DNA of 64,000 bases from Methanobacteriota archaeon (GTDB lineage Archaea; Thermoplasmatota; Thermoplasmata; SG8-5; JAGLSY01): contig JAEHCO010000001.1 of NCBI GenBank assembly GCA_020697715.1, forward strand, positions 352,001 to 416,000. Reading direction: 5' to 3'. A model generated the notes under the pieces. The model saw only the letters and a list, made by a program, of their open reading frames with translations, was not told the origin of the DNA and searched no databases. The position numbers were made by a program, and so were the translations under genes. This document shows positions 29,478-38,341 of the stretch, piece by piece (position 1 is the first letter of the stretch; the number at the start of each line of letters is the position of its first letter).

Positions 29478-32040
29478 CTTCTTCATCTCCCAGGTATTTG
29501 TCCAGCACTTTATTGTAAAGCTTGAACTTATCACTTCTTGCAAATTCCTCAATGGTCTTGTCTGGAAGGTCTTCCAGCATATCATCCAGCACCGTCAGGA
29601 TCTTGGCAACTTCATCCTCCCCCTGTTCTCTCATGAGCTTGTCATCTTCGAGCTGAGAGATCTTGAATTGAAGCATATCTATCCGATCCTTGAACTCTCT
29701 CTCCTTCTTCTCCAGTTCAAGTGCTTTCTTCTCAAGGTTCTCCCTGTCCCTATGCACGGAATTCAGATCGGTATTTATGGACTTGATCACATCCTCCGAA
29801 ACACCACCGCCCATGGATGCCGCGGTCAGATCTTCCACTTTGTCGATCTTCCCAGTAATATCGATCGACATCCCGCTCCTCATTTTCAGCAGTGGTCTGG
29901 ACCGTGTATCGAAATGCGAGTCCTTCAATCCCAGTATCCCGATCCCCAATTGCCCATTTGTATCGGAAATATCAATGACACCATCAAAGATCTCTTCCAT
30001 GGTGGCTATCACCTTCTCGCTTTGAGTACCTTTTTCAAGTATCATGAAAGACGTTATGCCTTTCTTATTGAACTTCGCCCTCAGAGACTGGGCGAATTGA
30101 TAGACCGTTTGAAGATCATAATCCCTTAAAGACGAGGATAAAGTATCTACCACGGCCTGGACCTCTTTATCATAGTCCATTTGCTTCAGGGCCAGATCGA
30201 CAGCCACACCAAGATGCATTATGTCCACGGAGGAGCAAAGGACCCCGCCTCTATCCTCCACACCCATTATTCTCTGATTCCTTTGGCTATGCCAATCGAC
30301 GATCCTCATATGATCGCTCTCCATCAGAGGTGGTGTCATTATGCCTTTCCGCTGTATCTTGGTGATGAACTCCGCCGGAGATGTGGTGGAGACCACCATG
30401 ATGAGCCCATGGTCTTTCATCAAGCAATCCACGGACAATTGAGTTATTATCTCAGCTGGAAAAAGTCCAGGAGGTATCAGGACGAGGAAAGAGCCATGCT
30501 CTGGAAGCCCCCCGCCAGTCAATATATCCAGGCCCGGAATGCCAGTTATTATCCTTTCCACTCCTCCTCCTGTAATAGCCTGATAACTGGATCTCCCAAT
30601 AACTGGATCTCCCAATGTGATCCCTCTTGCATCGATCTCAATGGGTATCTTCTCAGAATTGAACATTCCGGAGAATGCCATGACATTTATGCTGTGCTTG
30701 ACAATTCCATTCTTCACTTTCCTCTCTATCTTCAGGACGCCATCAAAATTATCCTGCATCGCACTCAATTCACGCCTCTCATGCATACTATCGCTCAGGG
30801 TCACAAGGCTGAAGCATTCTTTGGATCTCAATTTCGCACATAGGGCGGTAAGAAAATCAAGTGTGGTCTCAAAATCATGCGCCACACTGGCAGGAGAAAT
30901 AAGATCCAGAACCGCCCTTCTATTAGGATTATCCTTCAGGGTCTGGAAAGCGATATCCAATGCAACTCCGACATTGGTAAGGTCATCGGAACATTTGATC
31001 ACTCCTTCTTCAATTTCCACGCCATGAACACGTTCCACGTTCTTGCTATACCAGTCTATGAATATCAATTTCTTGTCCTTGATGTACTGATCCGCATCTA
31101 TGCCGATGAACCCAAATCTCTTCATCACATTCTTTGGGGATTCCATAGAACATACGTATACGACATCTCCGCCATTCTCCAATCCCTTTTTGGCATACAT
31201 CATGGATATCATGTCTTTGGGCATACCTTTCGGGCCACGCAATAACATGATATATTCTTTGGAAATATCATTTCCCATGGCATCATCCAGCACAGGGATT
31301 CCAAACTCGACCTTTGTGGAAAGAAGCCCTCCATAAAGTCTCTTGAGTATACCAAGCTCCTCTATCAGGGATCCAAATTTCTTGATCTCAGGAGCGATGA
31401 TATGCAATGGAACCTCCAGGGAATTGAAGGAATCCGCCAATCCATCTATCTCGTTCTCAAGATCTTCATCCGGTAGTAGATAGATCCTAACATCTTCTCC
31501 ATTTATCTGTATGCCTTTGATGAACTTCAGTTCTCTCACAACATTCTCAATTCCCAGTTTGTCTATGCCTTCAGCTTTCAATGTGGCTGAAAAAAGTCTG
31601 GAGAAAATAGCGGCGATTTGATCTATCTCGTTTTCCCCTCTCAATCCTTCAATATCCACGCCGCCAGAGTATCCGAACAGCTCTGGAAAGAATCTTGTCA
31701 GCTCATGTTTTTGAATTTCAGATCCATACTCTGCCTGGAACTTCTTCGCAGGCTCCATGATGGCCTCTTCTGCCTCTTCATTCCCCAAAAAGATCTCCAT
31801 GATGCCTTTAGCAGCTTTGATCAGAGCCTTAATGCCCAATACTGCCTCATCTGAATCTGGCAATTTGGTGGCATCGACCACAAGATCATTTGAAATATTC
31901 AACCGAGCCAGTACTGGATGTTCCTTTCTATATCTGCCAAAAGCGTTTGTGAATTGGAGCTCCAAAAGTAGTTCTTTATTACTCTCGATTATTGCAGAAA
32001 GTAGACCAGCACATACAGTTATCCGGTTACTTTCGCCCAT
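29461..32040 (-). CDS. Double KaiC/RAD55-like (apparently inactive) ATPase with N-terminal helical region and C-terminal coiled coil
   Basis: Two RecA-fold repeats (FGIPVLD..; TGIPGLDILTGGGLP..) with degenerate P-loops GPKGMPKD and IPPGLFPA; FDGV motifs. Confidence 0.8.
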   Translation of the reverse strand: MGESNRITVCAGLLSAIIESNKELLLELQFTNAFGRYRKEHPVLARLNISNDLVVDATKLPDSDEAVLGIKALIKAAKGIMEIFLGNEEAEEAIMEPAKKFQAEYGSEIQKHELTRFFPELFGYSGGVDIEGLRGENEIDQIAAIFSRLFSATLKAEGIDKLGIENVVRELKFIKGIQINGEDVRIYLLPDEDLENEIDGLADSFNSLEVPLHIIAPEIKKFGSLIEELGILKRLYGGLLSTKVEFGIPVLDDAMGNDISKEYIMLLRGPKGMPKDMISMMYAKKGLENGGDVVYVCSMESPKNVMKRFGFIGIDADQYIKDKKLIFIDWYSKNVERVHGVEIEEGVIKCSDDLTNVGVALDIAFQTLKDNPNRRAVLDLISPASVAHDFETTLDFLTALCAKLRSKECFSLVTLSDSMHERRELSAMQDNFDGVLKIERKVKNGIVKHSINVMAFSGMFNSEKIPIEIDARGITLGDPVIGRSSYQAITGGGVERIITGIPGLDILTGGGLPEHGSFLVLIPPGLFPAEIITQLSVDCLMKDHGLIMVVSTTSPAEFITKIQRKGIMTPPLMESDHMRIVDWHSQRNQRIMGVEDRGGVLCSSVDIMHLGVAVDLALKQMDYDKEVQAVVDTLSSSLRDYDLQTVYQFAQSLRAKFNKKGITSFMILEKGTQSEKVIATMEEIFDGVIDISDTNGQLGIGILGLKDSHFDTRSRPLLKMRSGMSIDITGKIDKVEDLTAASMGGGVSEDVIKSINTDLNSVHRDRENLEKKALELEKKEREFKDRIDMLQFKISQLEDDKLMREQGEDEVAKILTVLDDMLEDLPDKTIEEFARSDKFKLYNKVLDKYLGDEEDDGSD

Positions 32041-32096
32041 TTTAGAGCCCTCGAAGTTCTAATAAATGAAAATATCCCGTATTCGGGATATCCTCA

Positions 32097-32822
32097 TCAA
32101 AACACCTTGGACTCTGCCGAGACATTAATTCCATTGCTAGTTATCAAAAGCGGATGCTTCGTGGTATCATGCTTGGTGAATCTCATCTTTCTTACAGTCA
32201 GCGTTCTTCTTAGCTCACCTTTGACATCTTCCAGTCCAAGAACAATGAAGGAGTCAGAAATGAACTGCTCTATTCCATATCTTGTAAGCTGTGTACCTTC
32301 AATAGATTCTGTGATCATGAGGGATGTCAATTCTTTCTCCCTGAGGAATGATGCGAACTTGAATAATTCTCTTCGCAGTCTACCTGGCGAATCTTCATAG
32401 TGGAGTCCGATAGCAGTAACGGAATCAATGGACAGGCGCTTTGCCCCGCTGAACTTTAGAAGATTGTCCAGCAACCTCATCAACCCCTCGAATCCTACGA
32501 CGTCCAACTCTTCTTCACTACCACTTCTCCTTCTGACCTCTCCCATATCCAATAGCAGAAGTTTTCCCTCTTTCTCATATTTCTCGATGTCCATCCCATA
32601 GGAGGTCATCGCTCTGATGATATTCTCTCTAGGTTCTTCGAGAGTGAGGTAGATTCCTGTTTCTCCATGGTTCACAACTCCATTGTAGATGAATTGCATG
32701 GATATCAAACTCTTAGCACTACCTGCTGGGCCACTAACGAGGTTGACTGAATCCTCTGGAAACCCCCCGCTGATCAATTCATCCAATCCTGATATTCCTG
32801 TTGGTACTCTACCTTTAATCAT
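32097..32822 (-). CDS. KaiC/RAD55-like ATPase (single domain)
   Basis: TGISGLDELISGGFP, GPAGSAKS, LTLEE, IDS, VRKMRFTKH. Confidence 0.92.
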   Translation of the reverse strand: MIKGRVPTGISGLDELISGGFPEDSVNLVSGPAGSAKSLISMQFIYNGVVNHGETGIYLTLEEPRENIIRAMTSYGMDIEKYEKEGKLLLLDMGEVRRRSGSEEELDVVGFEGLMRLLDNLLKFSGAKRLSIDSVTAIGLHYEDSPGRLRRELFKFASFLREKELTSLMITESIEGTQLTRYGIEQFISDSFIVLGLEDVKGELRRTLTVRKMRFTKHDTTKHPLLITSNGINVSAESKVF

Positions 32823-32826
32823 TTAT

Positions 32827-33075
32827 TCATACTCCTATCTTTTTTCCATTATCGCCCAATCTACTGACCTTCATGAGAACATCATTAGATTCTTCCCCAA
32901 TGAAGAAGGGAAGAACGATCCTGAGCTTTTCTGTCAATATATTGATATCTCTGGGATTTATTGCACTAAGATCAATACCTGCGTCCATGCTCTGCTTCTT
33001 CAGCACGTGGATACTCATAACCCCCAGGTTGCTTTCTTCCATTATACTGAGAACATTTAGTCCTAGCTTATTCAT
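32827..33075 (-). CDS. Small helical protein of KaiC module
   Basis: 82 aa; co-transcribed with KaiC genes; paralog at 49245-49550. Confidence 0.7.
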   Translation of the reverse strand: MNKLGLNVLSIMEESNLGVMSIHVLKKQSMDAGIDLSAINPRDINILTEKLRIVLPFFIGEESNDVLMKVSRLGDNGKKIGV

Positions 33076-33371
33076 TTATCGTCACCAAATAATCCATTAT
33101 GCTGGAGTTCATCTAGTATAAGTGAGGATCTATTTGCTTCGAAACAACATCTAACAGATGTTGTCAGCATTATTTTCGCAGTGGCTTTTCCAAAGGCGCT
33201 CACCAGAGAATTATTAAGTTCCTCAATGGATTCAATTGGCTTATCCTTATCAAAGCCATCCTCTCCCATTTTGACTATATTCCTGGCCATCTGAAACCCT
33301 ATGGCCTTTCCCAAGGTACGATAGAGTTCTCGATAAATCATTTCTGCTGATTCGGGATCTAAATTATTCAA
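33072..33371 (-). CDS. Small helical protein of KaiC module
   Basis: 99 aa, TTG start, 4-nt overlap with next gene. Confidence 0.65.
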   Translation of the reverse strand: MNNLDPESAEMIYRELYRTLGKAIGFQMARNIVKMGEDGFDKDKPIESIEELNNSLVSAFGKATAKIMLTTSVRCCFEANRSSLILDELQHNGLFGDDK

Positions 33372-33593
33372 GACACGTCCCCACTATTCTTTAAATCCTT
33401 AACTCATAACCTATATAAATGAATTTCGGATGCAGATGAGGCCAGATATCCCATAATTAAATTCAGGATGTCAAAGTTCGAATTCCAAAGGCATAATGCC
33501 CATCAGTCTCGAACAAGGAAAAATACCAATCAAAAAGTATTTCAACCCCATGCTATTTCTCATCAAGGTGGATGATGGTTATCAGCACAGTAG

Positions 33594-33707
33594 GGGCCCG
33601 TGGTCTAGACAGGTTTGATTTACGCGAAAAATGATTATCGCGTAAATCCCTGAAATGACGTCGCCTTGACATGGCGAAGATCTCCGGTTCAAATCCGGAC
33701 GGGCCCA
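33594..33707 (+). tRNA. tRNA-Val(GAC) with 39-nt D-loop BHB intron (33616-33654)
   Basis: GGGCCCG/CGGGCCC acceptor, TCGCC-TTGACAT-GGCGA anticodon arm, TCCGG-TTCAAAT-CCGGA; BHB helix CAGG/CCTG with TTT and AAA bulges. Confidence 0.93.
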
Positions 33708-33869
33708 TCTTTGTATTTACATTCTGTATATTATTTTTCAAAGGATGGGTAGCCCATTCCACAGGTAGCCTATTGCATAGCTAACACAGTGGGCGTACCC
33801 TTCAAGCTTCCACAGGAAGGTTGAAATCCCTACAAAATGAAAATAATTATTGGGCGGACTTGGACTGCG

Positions 33870-33904
33870 AAGCAGAACAAGGCCAAGCCCACCTTGTTCT
33901 GCTT
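33870..33904. terminator. 13-bp perfect hairpin between tRNA-Val and convergent pilin-like gene
   Basis: AAGCAGAACAAGG-9nt-CCTTGTTCTGCTT. Confidence 0.45.
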
Positions 33905-33919
33905 AATTAATTTATTCGA

Positions 33920-34495
33920 TCACCATGTGTAGAAGTGCATCTTGACATCGCCATCTTCTCCAAATGCCAATGAGTTCCAGGTAGTTGCGTGGACCTCATC
34001 ACCAAGTTCTTTCTTGAAATCCTCAAAGCTCGGCGTCATATCAACCACTGTCTTGTTCATGGATATCCTGACATCCCCGTATTCGGCCCAGAAGGCCCAT
34101 TTGTATATCGGTTCCACGATGAGATTTGCCTGCTCCTGTATCGCTTTATTGAAAGATGTGAATTTGTCTGGATCCATGTCTTCATCTCCGATCAAACGTA
34201 ATTCTTCCATTATCAGGAACTGCACACTAAGATTGTTGTATACATGGGAAGTACTCAAATGCCAGATAGGATCAATGCTCGTGTATGAAACCTCGGGGAT
34301 ACTGGCACTCATCCATGCCAGTCTTACATTATCATTGTACTCCGCGCTTTGTTGGTCCCTTATCAGTTCCGCGCTATCTGACATCGTGACACCTATCGTC
34401 AGGAAAAGACCTGAAATAATAATCATGATAACGAAGAACAGCATCGCATCAAGCAGAGACATCATACCATGATCATTCCAGGTTTTTTTCATCAA
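33920..34495 (-). CDS. Pilin-like protein with class III signal-like N-terminus
   Basis: KKTWNDHG|MMSLLDAMLFFVIMIIISG. Confidence 0.6.
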   Translation of the reverse strand: MMKKTWNDHGMMSLLDAMLFFVIMIIISGLFLTIGVTMSDSAELIRDQQSAEYNDNVRLAWMSASIPEVSYTSIDPIWHLSTSHVYNNLSVQFLIMEELRLIGDEDMDPDKFTSFNKAIQEQANLIVEPIYKWAFWAEYGDVRISMNKTVVDMTPSFEDFKKELGDEVHATTWNSLAFGEDGDVKMHFYTW

Positions 34496-34498
34496 GTA

Positions 34499-35050
34499 TC
34501 ATCTCCATATTGCCACAATCATGAAGCTAGCTCTGTAATTCCCATCCTCATCCTCAACCACTATAGGGGTGGATTTCGAATATACATCCACTCCAATCGG
34601 CCGATCTTCGGTGCTGATAGGTCCAAAATTTTGTCTTTCACCATGTAGTGTTTCGATATATTCACTTCTATCTAGTATCATTATTTGATATTCAAAATTC
34701 TTGAGTTGTGGGGAAAATTGGTATTCCCAGTCATCGATGTCCATATTGTCAAATGCCTGCCCGTTCAGAACTCCTTCTTGATCCAATGTGATATTGTCCC
34801 AATTAAGTATCTCATCCGAGAAGCCATTTAGATTGTCCATCATCATTGTACTTTCATTGAACCTATTGTATGCTCCATAGACAATGATGGTATTCGTCAC
34901 GAATAAGCCCACGGCAAAGAGAATGAACAATAATTTTGGCAGATCCTCGAAATATCCAGCGACCCCGTTATTATCCAGACATAGGCGGTCTTTTCTAAGT
35001 CCGCTGCTTATTTTATCAGACTCTTTCCAGTTCATCATCCGCCGTGTCAT
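34499..35050 (-). CDS. Pilin-like protein with class III signal-like N-terminus
   Basis: DNNG|VAGYFEDLPKLLFILFAVGLF; C-terminal PIVV..MIVAIW strands. Confidence 0.6.
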   Translation of the reverse strand: MTRRMMNWKESDKISSGLRKDRLCLDNNGVAGYFEDLPKLLFILFAVGLFVTNTIIVYGAYNRFNESTMMMDNLNGFSDEILNWDNITLDQEGVLNGQAFDNMDIDDWEYQFSPQLKNFEYQIMILDRSEYIETLHGERQNFGPISTEDRPIGVDVYSKSTPIVVEDEDGNYRASFMIVAIWR

Positions 35051-35056
35051 CTGGGC

Positions 35057-36577
35057 CTACCTGCTTCCCCTATCAAATGCATTACATTCATAGCAGAACC
35101 ATCGCTTTGAATTTCCCAGGAATGACAATGGTTTTTTGCATTTGATGCATTTGTTCTGGAAGCTTCCCTTTCCCAGGTATTTTTTGCAGTTATCGCAATA
35201 CCATCTACTGTGTTTGCCCAAGAATGTGGCATGCTGTCCACATTTTTTGCAGTAAACCTCTGTCGGATCTGCTTTCTCCATTGCTTTGTCCCTTATGGAA
35301 TGTAGGTCGAGAGTTTCTTTGGAACCATGTATCTTGAATTCAACCGCAAGATCTGAGAATGCATCGATCAGGTCATCAGCGTCCTGTATATTCAGGTACT
35401 CCCCTCCTGTCTTATCCGCCACCGTCATAAGGAATTTCTCATCTATCTTATTCCCATAACCCAGAGTGTTGATGATCATGTCTTTTCGAGGAACTATTCT
35501 TTTATTTATTATCTCAAGGCATTTCTCTTCATTCTCTGGTTTACCATCCATCAGCAGCACGATCATCTTATGCTTTTTGTGATCGAGCTTCTTAGCCACT
35601 TCTATAGACTTTATTAAACCATCTTCCAGGTTGGTCAATCCATGCCAGTTTTTAACTATCTTGCCCAATACGGCCTCGCCAAGCTCCGCTGTTGGAACAT
35701 TCGAGCCAGCATTATAGACCCTACTTCCATCTGGAAATGTTACTGGAATGCCCTCGTCACTGAAATATACAAGTCCAAAATTTTTTTTCCCCCCTCCTAT
35801 TTGAGAATAATTCAATATCGCTAGAGCTGCCCCATCGATCCTGGACACCATCCCACCATCTTGAGGCTTCCCCAGGACAGCATCTATCCTGGACACCATA
35901 TCCTTATCTTGAAGTCGCCCCATAAGATCTGTTCCGTACTTATCTGTGAATTTTGACTCGATCGCTTTCACAGTTTCATGTGCCTTGTCATCCATCATCA
36001 TATCTGCGGTATCCATACTACCTGAAAGGTCGATCATCACGACACTATCATATTCCGCATCCTGTTTTTTGGACCAGGTATAGGAAAAATTCTGAATTCC
36101 ATTGAATTTCGCGGCATCATCTTTAGACAATTCTGGCTTCGTATCAATTATGGTCACTTGCAGATCAAGTTCTTTCAAGATAAAGGAAGTTCCCTTTTGG
36201 AATGCCTTGTTCTTCAATGATCTAACTAGTTCGCTCTCTTTTGTTCTCGTTCTCTGGAGAACATCACCTTTTTTCTTAGATCCGGGTACATTCTCTATTC
36301 CAAGCTCCACGGAATTTATTTGTGTCAGATCTCCTTGCCAGACACTAGTATCTATCTTTATTCCTTCCTGAAGCTCATTGGAGATCAATAGCAAAGGGCT
36401 CACTCCTATGGTACCAGATTCCATATCGCTTTGAATCCCCACGATTCCCAGGATCCTATTACCTGTAGATGTTTGTGTGAGAGATATCAGATCTCCCGCA
36501 TTAGCTCCTAAATTTGATGCATCATCTGGGTTGATCACAATATCTCCTAAATTTGATTCCACAATGCTAAGTTCCAC
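35057..36577 (-). CDS. VWA (MIDAS) protein with CDC48-N-like N-terminus and two C-terminal zinc ribbons
   Basis: DLSGSM, T, LLMDGKP, INTLGYG..TGGEY; CKKC..RWYCDNC, CIKC..RWFCYEC. Confidence 0.8.
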   Translation of the reverse strand: MELSIVESNLGDIVINPDDASNLGANAGDLISLTQTSTGNRILGIVGIQSDMESGTIGVSPLLLISNELQEGIKIDTSVWQGDLTQINSVELGIENVPGSKKKGDVLQRTRTKESELVRSLKNKAFQKGTSFILKELDLQVTIIDTKPELSKDDAAKFNGIQNFSYTWSKKQDAEYDSVVMIDLSGSMDTADMMMDDKAHETVKAIESKFTDKYGTDLMGRLQDKDMVSRIDAVLGKPQDGGMVSRIDGAALAILNYSQIGGGKKNFGLVYFSDEGIPVTFPDGSRVYNAGSNVPTAELGEAVLGKIVKNWHGLTNLEDGLIKSIEVAKKLDHKKHKMIVLLMDGKPENEEKCLEIINKRIVPRKDMIINTLGYGNKIDEKFLMTVADKTGGEYLNIQDADDLIDAFSDLAVEFKIHGSKETLDLHSIRDKAMEKADPTEVYCKKCGQHATFLGKHSRWYCDNCKKYLGKGSFQNKCIKCKKPLSFLGNSKRWFCYECNAFDRGSR

Positions 36578-36759
36578 CCATTACACCTCTTGTCGTCCCA
36601 ATAGAGATGATTTTATAAATATCTTAGGGAATTGATCATATTTTCTGTAATTGATTTTTTTTTCCTTTCACTGGCCATAAAATTAACAATAGTTCTTTAT
36701 TGCGCTCATTAGTATACGGGATAGCCAGTACATTATTATAAATATTAACTCTAATGTTA

Positions 36760-36872
36760 AAAAAATAAGAGCCATTCGGGAGTTCAAATCTCCCAGTCTT
36801 GAATTAATAAAAAATAAGAGCCATTCGGGAGTTCAAATCTCCCAGTCTTGAATTAATAAAAAATAAGAGCCA
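36760..36872. repeat. 49-bp tandem repeat (two full units plus tRNA junction) at tRNA-Thr 3' end
   Basis: AAAAAATAAGAGCCATTCGGGAGTTCAAATCTCCCAGTCTTGAATTAAT twice; GCC at 36771, 36820, 36869. Confidence 0.93.
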
Positions 36873-36977
36873 CTGGGGAGATTTGAACTCCCGACCTACT
36901 GATTACGAATCAGTCGCTATATAGCGCTTGAATGCATCATGAATCGGCGCATTCAAATACCGCTAAGCCACAGTGGC
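36868..36977 (-). tRNA. tRNA-Thr(CGT) with 38-nt D-loop BHB intron (36921-36958)
   Basis: GCCACTG/CAGTGGC acceptor, ACTGA-TTCGTAA-TCAGT, GGGAG-TTCAAAT-CTCCC; BHB helix AGCG/CGCT with GTA and ATA bulges. Confidence 0.93.
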
Positions 36978-36989
36978 ATTGTGTATCCT

Positions 36990-38234
36990 TCAAACCACAC
37001 TGAACTTCATCTTCGATCTCTTGAGAGCCTCGACAACTGGCAATGGCTTCCCAGAAAGCATGTTGATCAATGCTCCTCCGCCCGTGCTCAGGTGGTCGAC
37101 CTTTCTTTCCAGACCCAGCCTCTTAGCGACCGTGCCCGTGTGCCCACCACCAATTATACTGAAGGCATCGCAATCCGCTATTGCCTTGAATATCTCGATA
37201 GTGCCGAAAGAAAATTCCTCGATCTCGAATACACCCAGTGGCCCATTCAGTATCACATTATTGGCCTTGTTTATATGGTCTATGTAATTGACAATGGTGT
37301 CCAGACCTATATCGAATATTGGAAATTCAGAAGGTAATTGATCCACGGTGGCTCCATTCCTATTGCCATTATTATTGAGAGCGATGTCTGTCGGGATCTG
37401 GATCTGATCCGGATACTTCTCGAGAAGTTCTTTTGCCTCGGCTACATATTTCTCATAGTCGGGTATTTCCCTTTCGAGCACATCATCGCTACCAGGGCCA
37501 ACATCTATTCCCTTGGCCATTATGAAAATTGTAGCGACCAGACCTCCAGTGAGTATTTGATTCGCCGAGCCTGATTCCAGCATATTGCCCATGACCTCGA
37601 TGGAATCATCCACCTTGGCTCCTGCAAGTATGGCGAGTGTTCCCGAGCCTTTTTTCATCACTTTGCCCAGAACATCAAGCTCCCTCGCCATGAGCCTGCC
37701 AGCTATGGACGGGATAGCATCCCCAAATCCTACGAGACTCGGCTGTGCCCTGTGAGCTGCGGCAAAGGCATCGCAGACATAATAATCCGCAACAGATGAT
37801 AATCGTGATATCATGTGGGTCTTGGCCAAAACATCGGGTTTGGCCTTTTTCAGAATAAGCTCCTCGGCAAAGAATCGAGTATTCTCTAGTAAAATAATAT
37901 CACCATCTTCCATCTGCTCTATCGCCTGGAGGGCTTTGGAATCAAAAAGAGAATCCACATATTTTATCGGGCGCTTGAGGATCTTGGAAAGACGAGTGGC
38001 ATGGTTCTTCAGGTTGGTGAAGTCCTTCTTGCCAGGCTTGCTCTGGTGGGCCAGGATTATGACTTTGCTTCTAGCAAGGTCATCCAGTGTCTCGATATGA
38101 GCGCGCATCCTGGAATCATCCAGTATCTCACCATAAACTGGGTCCATTGGAGAATTGATATCCAATCTTAGTAAAACTCTTTTACCTCTTAGATTGAAAT
38201 CATCCAAGACAAAGAAGTTCCTTGAAATGGTCAT
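36990..38234 (-). CDS. pgk: Phosphoglycerate kinase
   Basis: LRLDINSP, LLENTRF, DAFAAAHR, NGPLGVFE, GGGHT, STGGGA. Confidence 0.97.
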   Translation of the reverse strand: MTISRNFFVLDDFNLRGKRVLLRLDINSPMDPVYGEILDDSRMRAHIETLDDLARSKVIILAHQSKPGKKDFTNLKNHATRLSKILKRPIKYVDSLFDSKALQAIEQMEDGDIILLENTRFFAEELILKKAKPDVLAKTHMISRLSSVADYYVCDAFAAAHRAQPSLVGFGDAIPSIAGRLMARELDVLGKVMKKGSGTLAILAGAKVDDSIEVMGNMLESGSANQILTGGLVATIFIMAKGIDVGPGSDDVLEREIPDYEKYVAEAKELLEKYPDQIQIPTDIALNNNGNRNGATVDQLPSEFPIFDIGLDTIVNYIDHINKANNVILNGPLGVFEIEEFSFGTIEIFKAIADCDAFSIIGGGHTGTVAKRLGLERKVDHLSTGGGALINMLSGKPLPVVEALKRSKMKFSVV

Positions 38235-38341
38235 CACCCCCCACATATCACTTGATTATTTAATTATTTTCTATTAACATATTATGAATATTGAAGCATG
38301 TGATCTTATAGTGCGAAATGGACTGGGTCGTATTCTGAATA

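Noticed and set aside
29443-31245. Long plus-strand ORFs (228, 220, 136 aa)
   Set aside because: Antisense shadows of the KaiC-like gene with no motifs; the same applies to most other overlapping ORFs in the track.
32097-32822. True circadian clock KaiC
   Set aside because: Single domain, no kaiA/kaiB; belongs to the broad archaeal KaiC/RAD55-like group.
33553-33762. 69-aa ORF
   Set aside because: Antisense to tRNA-Val.
36760-36872. CRISPR array
   Set aside because: Units are fully identical with no unique spacers, derive from tRNA sequence, and no cas genes are present.
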